Position numbers and translations under genes: made by a program. Under the pieces are notes generated by a model. It saw only the letters and a program-made list of their open reading frames with translations, made no database searches and was not told where the DNA came from. DNA of 27,879 nucleotides from Bacilli bacterium (GTDB taxonomy: Bacteria > Bacillota_I > Bacilli_A > ML615J-28 > CAG-698): contig DATCKF010000040.1 of NCBI GenBank assembly GCA_036562395.1, forward strand, positions 1-27,879, written 5' to 3'. This document shows, one piece after another, positions 9,253-19,003 of this stretch (its first letter is position 1; each line of letters starts with the position of its first letter).

Positions 9253-9996
9253 ATGAATTGTGTTCTGTTTATTCATGGGTTTTTAAGTGATCACCATGAT
9301 TTTGATGCTATCATTCCTTATTTATCTTTAAAATATCATCATCTTGAATTATTAGATCTTCCTGGTCATGGTCCAAGTTTTGGTGATGGTAATTTTGAGG
9401 TTGAGAAAACATTAGATTTTGTCTTAGAAATATATGATAAATTATTTGTCAAATATAAAACAATTGATGTTTTTGGATATTCAATGGGAGGAGCACTTGC
9501 ATATTATCTAGCAATAAAAAGAAAGATCAATAAACTTATCTTACTTGCTCCTGCTTGTAAATACTTTAATTTTCGTTTACCTTTTTCAAGAATAAAAAAC
9601 TATTTACGATTAAGAAAAAGTTTAAATCTTGCAAAAGAAAATAATGACGTAAATGAAATAAATTCTTTACAAGAAAAAATTGAAAATATTAAGATTGATG
9701 ATAATATTACTTTCAAATTTATCAAGGAACATTACCTAACTATAAAGTTTCCTATTTATTTCTTAACTTTTCGAAAACTTATTAAAGAAATAAATAAAGA
9801 ACCACTTCCTATTAATACACCAACTCTCCTTTTATATGGGGAAATTGATCAGATTATACCAAAAGCATCAATTACTTACTTAAGCAGTTTGTGTCGCAAT
9901 TCCAAAGTAATTATTTATGATGATGTTTGTCATTTAATGCTTCTAGCAAATGATTGTACAAAAATAATTAATGATATTTTAGATTTTTTAGAGTGA
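9253..9996 (+). CDS. alpha/beta-fold hydrolase (carboxylesterase/lysophospholipase-like)
   Basis: FIHGF oxyanion motif, DLPGHG, nucleophile elbow GYSMGG, GEIDQII (Asp), VCHLM (His). Confidence 0.88.
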   Translation: MNCVLFIHGFLSDHHDFDAIIPYLSLKYHHLELLDLPGHGPSFGDGNFEVEKTLDFVLEIYDKLFVKYKTIDVFGYSMGGALAYYLAIKRKINKLILLAPACKYFNFRLPFSRIKNYLRLRKSLNLAKENNDVNEINSLQEKIENIKIDDNITFKFIKEHYLTIKFPIYFLTFRKLIKEINKEPLPINTPTLLLYGEIDQIIPKASITYLSSLCRNSKVIIYDDVCHLMLLANDCTKIINDILDFLE

Positions 9997-10061
9997 AGTG
10001 AAGGATTTGATTAAAAGAAAGGCTAATATGCTAATAATATAACGCTTCATCAACGTTATAG

Positions 10062-10086
10062 AAGAATAGGAAAACCTATTCTTTTT
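10062..10086 (+). terminator. intrinsic terminator after the hydrolase
   Basis: AAGAATAGG-aaaa-CCTATTCTT-TTT. Confidence 0.85.
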
Positions 10087-10089
10087 CGT

Positions 10090-10118
10090 TTGACATCAAT
10101 AAATAATTGTGCTAAAAT
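10090..10118 (+). promoter_or_regulatory. sigmaA promoter of ABC operon 2
   Basis: TTGACA, 17 nt spacer, TGc-TAAAAT. Confidence 0.8.
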
Positions 10119-10149
10119 TATATAATCATTAGAAATGAAAGGGATCAAA

Positions 10150-11904
10150 ATGCATTCTTTACTGAAAATTTACAAACTTTCATATCAGAAAAAGTACATC
10201 TTTTTTGCTATCATTGCCATATTGTTTTTGCTTGTTGAAGTGGGAATATCGTTAATCATTCCTTATTTTTCAAAGCAGATTATCGATAATGCGATTCCTA
10301 ATGGAGATTTAAATGAAGTCATAAAAATAGGATCAATTATCGTGGGAATTGCTTTGGGATCAGTTATTGCGATGGCAATAAATAATGTTGCTGCACAATA
10401 TCTTTCTGTAAATATTGCAACCGAAATGACTGTTGAATTATTCAAAAAAATTCAAAAGTTATCATTAATGAATGTTGATAAAATTACAACCGGAAAATTA
10501 TTAACGATAGTTTCCAATGATACGGTTCAAGTTCAAAATATTATCCGAATGAGTTTTCGTGTCATTATTAGAGCTCCTCTAACTTTAATCGGAGCAATCG
10601 TGATGGCATTATTTACAAATGCAAATATTTTTCTTGTCATATTAATTTTAGTTCCAACATTAACAATTTCTTTGTTTTTCATCTTTCGTAAGGCAACCCC
10701 AAGATTTCGATTACTACAACTTAAAATTGATAATTTAAATTCAAAGTTGGAAGAATCAATTGCTGGGGCTCGAGAAATTAAAGCTTTTGTTACGGAAGCA
10801 TATGAACAACAAAAATATGAAGAAGTGACTGAAGATTATCATCAAGCAATCATTAATGCCAATCGGATTATGGCATCATTAGATCCTGTGATTATGATTA
10901 TTAGTAACTTTGCTATTGCCATTATTGTATACATAAGTGCATTGTTATTAAATAAAGGGAATACAAAGATGGTTGGGACTGTGATGACATATATTCAATA
11001 TGTTCAACAAATAATCGGCTCATTAATGATTCTAACAAATGTTTCGGTAATGTTATCACGAGCACTGATTAGTGCTGAACGTATTGACAATGTTTTAACA
11101 ATGCAAATTGATATTGTAAATGATCCGAATGCGAAAATAGTTGATATTAAAGGTGATATTGAATTTAATCATGTTGATTTTGCTTACGCTGATGAAGAAG
11201 GTGAGCAAGATGGCATTACCTTAAAAGATATTACACTTAAAATAAACTATGGAGAAATGATTGGTGTAATTGGGTCCACTGGTAGCGGAAAAACATCATT
11301 AGTACAACTGATTCCTCGTCTATATGATGTATATCGTGGGGAAGTATTAATTGATGGTATTGATGTACGTGATATTGATTTAGATTGCTTACGTCACCAG
11401 ATCTCTTTTGTTACTCAAGAAGCAATCATTTTCGAAGGAACGATTGGTGATAATATCCGTCAAGGAAAAAATGATGCGACTATTGAAGAAATGGAAGAAG
11501 CGAGTCGACTTTCAGCTGCTTATGAATTTATCGAATCAACTCCAAATAAATTTGATACTTTGATTACGCAACGGGGAACAAGCTTATCTGGTGGTCAAAA
11601 ACAAAGATTATCACTAGCTCGAGCTTTAGTACGAAAACCAAAAATCTTAATTCTTGATGATTCAACAAGTGCTGTTGATGCTAATACTGAAGCGCAAATT
11701 AAAAATAATTTACGAACCATAAAAGATACAACAGTTATTATAGTTGCGCAAAAGATATCTTCAATTATTGATTGTGATAAGATTATTGTCTTAAGTAATA
11801 CAGGAACAATCGATGGCTTTGGAAAACATGAAGAATTATTAAAAACAAGTTCTGTATATCAAGAGATATATCAATCACAATTTGGAGGTGTAAAGAATGA
11901 ATAG
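10150..11904 (+). CDS. heterodimeric multidrug-type ABC exporter, subunit A (TM287/EfrC-like)
   Basis: TMD; GSTGSGKT, LSGGQKQR, degenerate Walker B ILDDSTS and AQK switch. Start probably ATG 10150 behind GAAAGGG; track start is 10135. Confidence 0.92.
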   Translation: MHSLLKIYKLSYQKKYIFFAIIAILFLLVEVGISLIIPYFSKQIIDNAIPNGDLNEVIKIGSIIVGIALGSVIAMAINNVAAQYLSVNIATEMTVELFKKIQKLSLMNVDKITTGKLLTIVSNDTVQVQNIIRMSFRVIIRAPLTLIGAIVMALFTNANIFLVILILVPTLTISLFFIFRKATPRFRLLQLKIDNLNSKLEESIAGAREIKAFVTEAYEQQKYEEVTEDYHQAIINANRIMASLDPVIMIISNFAIAIIVYISALLLNKGNTKMVGTVMTYIQYVQQIIGSLMILTNVSVMLSRALISAERIDNVLTMQIDIVNDPNAKIVDIKGDIEFNHVDFAYADEEGEQDGITLKDITLKINYGEMIGVIGSTGSGKTSLVQLIPRLYDVYRGEVLIDGIDVRDIDLDCLRHQISFVTQEAIIFEGTIGDNIRQGKNDATIEEMEEASRLSAAYEFIESTPNKFDTLITQRGTSLSGGQKQRLSLARALVRKPKILILDDSTSAVDANTEAQIKNNLRTIKDTTVIIVAQKISSIIDCDKIIVLSNTGTIDGFGKHEELLKTSSVYQEIYQSQFGGVKNE

Positions 11905-13699
11905 TAATTTTAGACGTCGTGGTCAAAGTCGTTTCTTACCTCCTCAAAAACTAAATAAAGAAACAGTAAAGAAAGTATTATCAAGAATTTGGTTTTATTT
12001 ACGAAAACATCCAGGAGTCTTGGTATTTGTAACTTTCGCAATTATCATTACTTCATCATTCAATCTTGCCTTACCAATCTTATTAAAATATGTTATTGAT
12101 AAATATTTAAATGTAACTTATGCTGATTTAACAGCTATCTTTATTATTGTTGTATCAACGGTTATCGCAACTTTAATTGTTGGAATCTTTAGTTATTTAC
12201 AATCATTTTTGATTGCGAAAGCAGCATCATTTGCAACGAAGGAATTAAGGAATGATGCTTTCCACCACTTAACAAGATTACCAATATCTTATATTGATAA
12301 TCAAGCTCATGGAGATTTAATTAGTAAGTTTACTAATGATACGGAAACGATTCTAAATTTAATTGCCCGAGTTCTACCGCAATTTCTAATTATGATTATT
12401 ACGCTTGTTGGGGCAGTTGTTTTGATGATTATCACTTCATGGCGATTATCAATAGTCGTCTTAATTGTTTTAACCTTAATGGTTGTTGTCACAACTGTCA
12501 TTTCTAAGGGTGCTCAAAAACATTTCATCGCTCAACAAGCAAAATTAGGAAGCATGAATGGAATTTTAGAGGAAGATATTAGTGGTTTAAAAGCAGTAAA
12601 GCTTTATAATCAAGAAGAAAATATGATTAAGAAGTTTGCTTTAGTAACCGAAGAATATCGTAAAGCTAATTTTAAAGGTAATTTATATGCGGGAATGATG
12701 ATACCATTAATTAGGCTAGTTGATAACATTTTATATGCTTTGATTGTTGCTTTTGGGGCATTATTTAATATTCGATATGGCGTTTCTATTGGTAGTATTC
12801 AAGCAATGACAAACTTCTCGAGAATATCATTAAGACCGGTTAATAGTCTTGCGGAAATATTTAATGTTATCCAGATTGCAATTGCTGGTGGCGAACGTGT
12901 CTTTCGAATCATGGATGAAAAAGATGAATATCAAAATGATAGTCAAAATGTCCTTGATGATATTAAAGGAAATGTTAAATTTCAAAATGTTTATTTTGAA
13001 TATAAGAAAGATTTAGAAGTATTAAAAAATATCAATTTTGAAGTTAAAAGTGGGGAAACTGTTGCCATTGTTGGACCAACCGGAAGTGGAAAGACAACAA
13101 TTATTAATCTTTTAACGCGTTTTTATGATGTAAAAAGTGGAGATATTTTAATTGATGGTGTCAGCATTTATGATTTATCAAAAAGCTTTTTACGTCGTCA
13201 TGTCGGAATTGTTTTACAAACCACATATCTTTTTAAAGGTACGGTATTTGAAAATATCAAATATGGAAAACCTGATGCGACAAGAGAAGAAGTAATCAAA
13301 GCTGCCAAACTTGCTCAGGTTCATGATATCATTGAACGTTTACCTAAAAAATATGATACGAAAGTAAAAGAAGGTGGATTAAACTTTTCTCATGGTGAAC
13401 GTCAACTAATATCAATTGCAAGAACAATCCTTGCTAATCCTTCTATTTTAATCTTAGATGAAGCAACTTCAAGTGTTGATACGAGAACTGAATCGCAAAT
13501 TCAAAAAAGCATGGATATTTTAATGAAGGGAAGAACAACCTTTGTAATTGCCCATCGTTTGCAAACTATTAAAAATGCGGATAAAATTATTGTCATCTTA
13601 AATGGTGAAATCATTGAAACTGGAAATCATCATGAATTACTTGCAAAGAATGGATTGTATGCGCAAATGTATAAAACCCAATTTAATTTAAATAATTAG
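11897..13699 (+). CDS. heterodimeric multidrug-type ABC exporter, subunit B (TM288/EfrD-like)
   Basis: TMD; GPTGSGKT, degenerate signature FSHGERQ, ILDEATS, AHRL; overlaps subunit A; RBS GGAGGTG. Confidence 0.93.
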   Translation: MNSNFRRRGQSRFLPPQKLNKETVKKVLSRIWFYLRKHPGVLVFVTFAIIITSSFNLALPILLKYVIDKYLNVTYADLTAIFIIVVSTVIATLIVGIFSYLQSFLIAKAASFATKELRNDAFHHLTRLPISYIDNQAHGDLISKFTNDTETILNLIARVLPQFLIMIITLVGAVVLMIITSWRLSIVVLIVLTLMVVVTTVISKGAQKHFIAQQAKLGSMNGILEEDISGLKAVKLYNQEENMIKKFALVTEEYRKANFKGNLYAGMMIPLIRLVDNILYALIVAFGALFNIRYGVSIGSIQAMTNFSRISLRPVNSLAEIFNVIQIAIAGGERVFRIMDEKDEYQNDSQNVLDDIKGNVKFQNVYFEYKKDLEVLKNINFEVKSGETVAIVGPTGSGKTTIINLLTRFYDVKSGDILIDGVSIYDLSKSFLRRHVGIVLQTTYLFKGTVFENIKYGKPDATREEVIKAAKLAQVHDIIERLPKKYDTKVKEGGLNFSHGERQLISIARTILANPSILILDEATSSVDTRTESQIQKSMDILMKGRTTFVIAHRLQTIKNADKIIVILNGEIIETGNHHELLAKNGLYAQMYKTQFNLNN

Positions 13700-13732
13700 T
13701 CATATTCTTAAATAAAATAAATATAATATAGT

Positions 13733-13788
13733 AAAGAAGTGCTTAAGACTTAGTGTGGATTACTGATATAAAAAAGCACTTCTTTTTT
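13733..13788 (+). other. long stem-loop with internal loop and U-tract (terminator of ABC operon 2 and/or a small RNA)
   Basis: 12-bp perfect stem AAAGAAGTGCTT (13733-44)/AAGCACTTCTTT (13774-85), inner helix TTAGTG/TACTGA, then TTT. Confidence 0.55.
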
Positions 13789-13803
13789 ATATTAAGGGTA
13801 AAT

Positions 13804-13830
13804 AAAAAAGCTAATTTCTTAGCTTTTTTT
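13804..13830. terminator. bidirectional intrinsic terminator overlapping the Sel1 gene stop
   Basis: AAAAAAGCTA-atttct-TAGCTTTTTT with A/T tracts on both sides, between convergent genes. Confidence 0.8.
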
Positions 13831-15382
13831 GTAAATATAATGTTTTTGCTTCAAATGAACCAAGTTTTATGGCATCAATTAAATATTTAAACCCATTTTT
13901 TTCATCATTGCTATCAAAGGAAATTGTTGCAAGCATTAAGGCGGCATCTTTTGAGCCATGAGATGAAGCATGTTTTAGTAAGGTTAAACCTTTTTTTGAA
14001 TCTTGTGGAACATCTTGACCTTGATAATATAAAGACCCCAAGATATAACTTGCTTCAATTCCTCCTAGTTTATGACTTTCTTCTAGATAATATAAAGCAA
14101 GATCTATATCTTTATTATCATTATTCATATAAAATAAACCAAGATTATAAAAACTATCTGCATTACTTGCGATTAAGTAAAATGATATTGCTTTGTCAAT
14201 ATTTTGACTTACTCCGATTCCATATTGATAACATTTACCTAAAAGATAATAAGCATTTAAATTTCCTAAAGCAATTGCATGATTGATAAGAAGAAGATGA
14301 TCTTCATTTTCTTTTTTTGCCATCAATATTTCCGCTGCTTTATATTTTGAAAGGGGACAACCAAGGCTTGAACCTTTAAGGTAATAAGTAAGGGCTAAGT
14401 CAAGATTTTGATTGACGATTTGTCCTTCATAATATGTATTACCTAATAAATAGTATGCTTCTTTGATATCTGCTTCTCGTAAATATTTAAGCCCTTTTTT
14501 AATATTCTTTTTATAATATATTCCCGATAATAAATATTTACCATATTTATAATAAGCTAATGGATCTTCTTCCTCTAAGAGCTTTTCTAAATATGCACGC
14601 CCGAAATATACATTCCATTCTGGACTGTTTTCATCTAAATAGATATCTATTAAACGATGAATAGCATCGGAATATCCGTAAGCGGCAGCAATTTCAAAAT
14701 GACTCATCGCTTCTTTTATATTCTTTTGAACAAACTCTCCACTTTGATATAATTTACCTAAGAAATAATGGGCAATTGGACTATTACCAGATGTTCCTTT
14801 TAAATATAAACGTAAGGCTTTAGCTAGGTCCTTTTGAACAAAATACCCTTTCTCATACATTAACCCCAAAAAAGCAGTTGCATTAAAGTTATTTAATCGA
14901 TCTGCTTCTTGAAATAATTGAAAGGCTTTTTGATAATTAATCGGAACAAGTGTTGATCCTAAATAAAGAATCCCAAGGTTCATCATGGCTTCAGGATGAC
15001 CTTTTTTTATTGCTTCTTCTAAAAGTTTTAAAGCTTTATCTTTGTTTTGTGGCAATAATTTACTATGTAAATAGATATTTGATAATTGCAAGGATGCTTC
15101 ACTATCACCAGCATGTTGTCCTTTTCGTAAATAAGTTAAACCTTTCTTTTCATTCTTTTGAACAACCTCACCATTTAAATATGCTAATCCTAAAAAGGTA
15201 TAAGCATATGGATAAATGGTACCAGCATGTTCGATAAGGCTAATACCTTTATTTATATCTTGAGGATAACTATTACCATAGAAATACATAAGTCCTAATT
15301 GGAATAGTCCAACCCCACCATTACTTGGATTTGAATTTATAAATTTATGTAACACTTCTTTAAATTTAGCGCTTTTTAACAT
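13811..15382 (-). CDS. Sel1-like (SLR/TPR) repeat protein, 523 aa
   Basis: About a dozen ~36-aa units of the type A-x-x-x-LG-x-x-Y-x-x-G-x-x-V-x-x-N/D-x-x-KA (e.g. FQLGLMYFYGNSYPQDINKG, YFLGKLYQSGEFVQKNIKEA); no signal peptide evident. Confidence 0.92.
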   Translation of the reverse strand: MLKSAKFKEVLHKFINSNPSNGGVGLFQLGLMYFYGNSYPQDINKGISLIEHAGTIYPYAYTFLGLAYLNGEVVQKNEKKGLTYLRKGQHAGDSEASLQLSNIYLHSKLLPQNKDKALKLLEEAIKKGHPEAMMNLGILYLGSTLVPINYQKAFQLFQEADRLNNFNATAFLGLMYEKGYFVQKDLAKALRLYLKGTSGNSPIAHYFLGKLYQSGEFVQKNIKEAMSHFEIAAAYGYSDAIHRLIDIYLDENSPEWNVYFGRAYLEKLLEEEDPLAYYKYGKYLLSGIYYKKNIKKGLKYLREADIKEAYYLLGNTYYEGQIVNQNLDLALTYYLKGSSLGCPLSKYKAAEILMAKKENEDHLLLINHAIALGNLNAYYLLGKCYQYGIGVSQNIDKAISFYLIASNADSFYNLGLFYMNNDNKDIDLALYYLEESHKLGGIEASYILGSLYYQGQDVPQDSKKGLTLLKHASSHGSKDAALMLATISFDSNDEKNGFKYLIDAIKLGSFEAKTLYLQKKLRN

Positions 15383-15438
15383 TTCATCACCTAACTTAAA
15401 AGTATTATATCACAAAAAATGCAAAAAAAAAGAAAATC

Positions 15439-15467
15439 TTGATTATAAGTGATATCAATGTTAAAAT
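15439..15467 (+). promoter_or_regulatory. sigmaA promoter of the DUF2779 gene
   Basis: TTGATT, 17 nt spacer, TGt-TAAAAT. Confidence 0.6.
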
Positions 15468-15482
15468 AAAATTGAGGGAGAG

Positions 15483-17327
15483 ATGGAAATGAGAATATCA
15501 AAAACAATGTTCAAAGAATATACACGTTGTCCACGGGTATGTGCATTAGATGATATTTATATGAAAAAATTAAATACTCATGTTTCCCCATTCGCAAACG
15601 ATGAATATTTTGATATTTTAGAAACATTACATTTAATGTTTGATGAAGAAACCGGTGAAGATTTAATAGATATTACTGATCCCCAACATGAAGCGTTATT
15701 ACCTTATTATCAACAATTAGAAGACTATGCAATGGAAGTTGCGAAAAGGAAATTTGGCAATAATATTATCCACAATATTGATGTGAAAAAGCAAAAGAGT
15801 TTTAACTTTTTTGATAATTATAATCATGAATATTATTGCTATCTGGATGGCTTTCAAGAAACAGATGATGAAGTCAGAGTCTTTGAAGTTAAAGCAACAA
15901 CTTCAAAAAAGTTTCAAACTTTAGGACCAGTAATTAAAAATCGTCAATATTCTATTTTTGAATGTAAAGATAACATTATGAAAATTTCTAATGAAGTGGA
16001 AATGAGTGATGAAAAGTTCATTAGTAATTATCAAAAATTATTTGATCGCTATTCAGATTGTGGGAAATATGTTTATGATCTTGCAATTGAAAGATACTTT
16101 ATTGAAAAAAGTTGTGAACAGTTTCATATTTATCAAAATAAAAAATTTACATATTATTTAGTGGTTTTAAACAGTGATTATACATTTGATGGAAAATATG
16201 TTGATGGGAAAATGGCATATAAACCTGATCAAAATGGTCAAGAAATTGTTACATTTATTAACTTAACTGATGTTACAAGTCAATGTTTAATTGATATTAA
16301 GTTTAATCATCGACGTTTACAAAAATATCTTGAAGACTTAAAAGTAAATGATTACCAATTAGGAGAATTTTGTAGGCGAAAGAAAAAAGATCAATGTTTA
16401 TTTTATAAAATTTGTTGGGAAAAAGTATTAAATGAAGGTTCAATTTTAGAATATTTAGGACTTCATCATGGTTTTCGTGATGAATTAAATAATCGTATTG
16501 AACCACTCGATTTAATCAATAAAGGTTATTATACAATTGATTCCATACCTCGCAAATGGTTGAATCGTAAAAATAATGTAATTCAACGTGATTGTTATGA
16601 TAATAATGTTGAATTTATACATTTTGCGAAAATATTAAGAGGAATTGATACTTTAAAATATCCTTTATATTATCTTGATTTTGAATCATTTAACAGCCCT
16701 TTGCCTAGATTTAAAGGTGAGCACCCTTATCAACAATCCCTTTTTCAATATTCATTGCATATTGAAAAAAGTCCTGGTCAATGTGATTTTGATAAAGATC
16801 ATCAAGATTTCCTTGCTAGTGATTTTGATGATCATCGTATAGAACTCGTTTCGAAGTTAATTAATGATATTGACTTAAAAAATGGGGGAACAGTTATTGT
16901 TTATAATAAAAATTTTGAATATGAAAGAATAAAAGAGTTAATGAAATTATTTCCTCAATATAAAGATCAACTAGAAAATATCAATAAACATATGTTTGAT
17001 TTATTATATTTAATCATGAATAATAAAGAGTTCTATTTGGATTTAGGATTTCCAATTGAAGATGCAGCCATCATTAATTATTACAATAATAAATTACATG
17101 GTTCATATTCAATTAAAAAAGTTCTCCCATTATTTTCAGATCTGACATATCAAGGAATGGAGATTGCTAATGGTACTGAAGCCATAACAGCTTATGCATC
17201 TTTTAAGAATCTTTTACCAGTAGAACTTGAAAAAGTAAAAGAAAATCTAAGGAAATATTGTAAACAAGATACATGGGCTATGTATGTAATATTAATGGGA
17301 TTAAAAAAGAAAGTAGGGTTAATATAA
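15483..17327 (+). CDS. DUF2779 domain protein: N-terminal PD-(D/E)XK/Cas4-like nuclease plus C-terminal RNase H-like (DEDD) domain
   Basis: ISKT-x-FKEY-x-RCP, LDG...FEVKATT, Cys cluster C-x8-C-x5-C; C-terminal YYLDFES, PYQQ-x-x-FQYSLH, VYNKNFE, SIKKVLP, YCKQDT. Confidence 0.8.
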   Translation: MEMRISKTMFKEYTRCPRVCALDDIYMKKLNTHVSPFANDEYFDILETLHLMFDEETGEDLIDITDPQHEALLPYYQQLEDYAMEVAKRKFGNNIIHNIDVKKQKSFNFFDNYNHEYYCYLDGFQETDDEVRVFEVKATTSKKFQTLGPVIKNRQYSIFECKDNIMKISNEVEMSDEKFISNYQKLFDRYSDCGKYVYDLAIERYFIEKSCEQFHIYQNKKFTYYLVVLNSDYTFDGKYVDGKMAYKPDQNGQEIVTFINLTDVTSQCLIDIKFNHRRLQKYLEDLKVNDYQLGEFCRRKKKDQCLFYKICWEKVLNEGSILEYLGLHHGFRDELNNRIEPLDLINKGYYTIDSIPRKWLNRKNNVIQRDCYDNNVEFIHFAKILRGIDTLKYPLYYLDFESFNSPLPRFKGEHPYQQSLFQYSLHIEKSPGQCDFDKDHQDFLASDFDDHRIELVSKLINDIDLKNGGTVIVYNKNFEYERIKELMKLFPQYKDQLENINKHMFDLLYLIMNNKEFYLDLGFPIEDAAIINYYNNKLHGSYSIKKVLPLFSDLTYQGMEIANGTEAITAYASFKNLLPVELEKVKENLRKYCKQDTWAMYVILMGLKKKVGLI

Positions 17328-17373
17328 TTAAATTACTTTCATATAATAATTTAGGTTGATTAATGCAAATTAA

Positions 17374-17408
17374 TTGACAAAAATAATTACATGCATATAA
17401 TGCATGTA
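17374..17408 (+). promoter_or_regulatory. sigmaA promoter of cysK overlapped by a perfect 9-bp inverted repeat (operator candidate)
   Basis: TTGACA (17374-79), 16 nt spacer, TATAAT (17396-401); palindrome TACATGCAT-ATA-ATGCATGTA (17388-17408). Confidence 0.75.
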
Positions 17409-17420
17409 TAAGGAGGAAAT

Positions 17421-18347
17421 ATGAGAGTATATCATAATATTACTGAACTAATTGGTAATACACCGTTAGTTGAACTGAATAATTATCAAAAAATCCATAA
17501 TTTAGAAGCCAAAATTTATGGAAAAGTTGAATATTATAATCCTGCTGGAAGTGTAAAAGATCGTATTGCTTATGCAATGATTAGTGATGCGGAAGAAAAA
17601 GGTTTATTAAAAAAAGACTCGGTGATTGTTGAACCGACAAGTGGAAATACTGGAATTGGTTTAGCTGCTGTTGCAGCAAGCAGAGGCTATCGTGTTATTC
17701 TCACTATGCCAGAGACAATGAGTGTTGAAAGAAGAAACTTGATGAAAGCATATGGTGCTGAAATTGTTTTAACACCAGGTTCAGAGGGTATGAAAGGAGC
17801 AATTGCGAAAGCAATGGAGATTGCAAAAAGCCTAGATGCTTTTGTTCCTAGTCAATTTGAAAATCCTGCAAACCCTAATATTCATTATAAAACGACTGGT
17901 CCGGAAATCTATCGAGATTTAGATGGAAAGATTGATATTTTCGTTAGTGGTATTGGCACTGGAGGAACAATTTCAGGTGCGGGAAAATATTTAAAAGAAC
18001 AAAATCCAAATATCAAAATTGTTGGAATTGAACCTGCTGATTCACCAGTACTAACAAAAGGGGTTGCAGGACCGCATAAAATTCAAGGAATTGGTGCTGG
18101 GTTTGTTCCAAAAACATTAAATACAGATATCTATGATGAAATTATTACTGTTGCCAATGAAGAAGCTTTTGCTGCTTCCCGTGAGGTTGCGAAAGTTGAA
18201 GGATTATTAGTTGGAATTTCATCTGGTGCAGCTTTACATGTTGCAAAACTACTAGCAGAAAAGCCTGAAAATAAAGGTAAAAATATTGTTGCAATCTTAC
18301 CTGATACTGGTGAAAGATATCTTTCAACTGTTCTTTTCAGCGAATAA
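17421..18347 (+). CDS. cysK: cysteine synthase A (O-acetylserine sulfhydrylase)
   Basis: IGNTPLV, PLP lysine [45 protein letters not shown]. Confidence 0.97.
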   Translation: MRVYHNITELIGNTPLVELNNYQKIHNLEAKIYGKVEYYNPAGSVKDRIAYAMISDAEEKGLLKKDSVIVEPTSGNTGIGLAAVAASRGYRVILTMPETMSVERRNLMKAYGAEIVLTPGSEGMKGAIAKAMEIAKSLDAFVPSQFENPANPNIHYKTTGPEIYRDLDGKIDIFVSGIGTGGTISGAGKYLKEQNPNIKIVGIEPADSPVLTKGVAGPHKIQGIGAGFVPKTLNTDIYDEIITVANEEAFAASREVAKVEGLLVGISSGAALHVAKLLAEKPENKGKNIVAILPDTGERYLSTVLFSE

Positions 18348-18353
18348 ATATGC

Positions 18354-18382
18354 TTGCAAATCTTCCTAAAACTTGTTATAAT
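18354..18382 (+). promoter_or_regulatory. sigmaA promoter of the DUF2179-type gene
   Basis: TTGCAA, 17 nt spacer, TGt-TATAAT immediately after the cysK stop; argues against the track start at 18350. Confidence 0.7.
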
Positions 18383-18406
18383 ACATATGTTTTAGGAGAG
18401 TGTAAT

Positions 18407-18973
18407 ATGTGGGAAGTGATTAAGGATTTTTTTACGGCGACACCGTGGTGGGAATTATTAATAATATTTTGTTCGCGGATTATTGAAGTATCGATAGGAA
18501 CATTAAGAATCATTCTTGTCAATAAGGGGTATCGTCGTATTGGTTCATTTTTATCTTTCTTTGAGATTGCGTTATGGGTATTCGTTGCTTCCCGAGTTAT
18601 CACTAATATTAGTGATGAACCATTTAAAGGCATTATTTACTGTTTAGGTTATGCTTTTGGTGTCTTTGTTGGTTCCAAATTAGAATCACGTTTAGCATTT
18701 GGTATGGTCTTAATTCAAACAATCACAAATAGTGTAACTGGAGCTTTAATTGTTGCGGAGTTAAGAAATCTAGGATATGGAGTAACAACGGTTAAGGCTC
18801 AAGGAAAAGATGATGAAAGACTAGTAATCATGGTTTATGCAAAACGCAAAAATCAAGATCATTTAATAAATATTATCAAAGGTATTGACGTGAAAGCATT
18901 GGTAGTATCCAATGATTTATCAACATTACAAGGTGGATATATATCATCGGGTTGGAAGAAGTTTGTAAAGTAA
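18407..18973 (+). CDS. UPF0316 / DUF5698-DUF2179 family membrane protein
   Basis: RIIEVSIGTLRII, FFEIALW, Y-x-LGYAFG-x-x-VG, LRNLGYGVT. Start moved to ATG 18407 behind AGGAG. Confidence 0.85.
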   Translation: MWEVIKDFFTATPWWELLIIFCSRIIEVSIGTLRIILVNKGYRRIGSFLSFFEIALWVFVASRVITNISDEPFKGIIYCLGYAFGVFVGSKLESRLAFGMVLIQTITNSVTGALIVAELRNLGYGVTTVKAQGKDDERLVIMVYAKRKNQDHLINIIKGIDVKALVVSNDLSTLQGGYISSGWKKFVK

Positions 18974-19003
18974 AAGAGCTACAATAAAGTAGCTCTTTAT
19001 TTT
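18973..19003. terminator. bidirectional intrinsic terminator
   Basis: AAAGAGCTAC-aataaa-GTAGCTCTTT between convergent genes. Confidence 0.88.

Noticed and set aside
10028-10060. Mini-ORF MLII and hairpin TATAACG/CGTTATA as a possible attenuator
   Set aside because: It lies upstream of a terminator that precedes the ABC operon's own promoter, so it cannot attenuate that operon; most likely 3' UTR.
15483-17327. CRISPR-Cas system suggested by the Cas4-like domain
   Set aside because: No repeat-spacer array and no cas1/cas2 or effector genes anywhere in the window.
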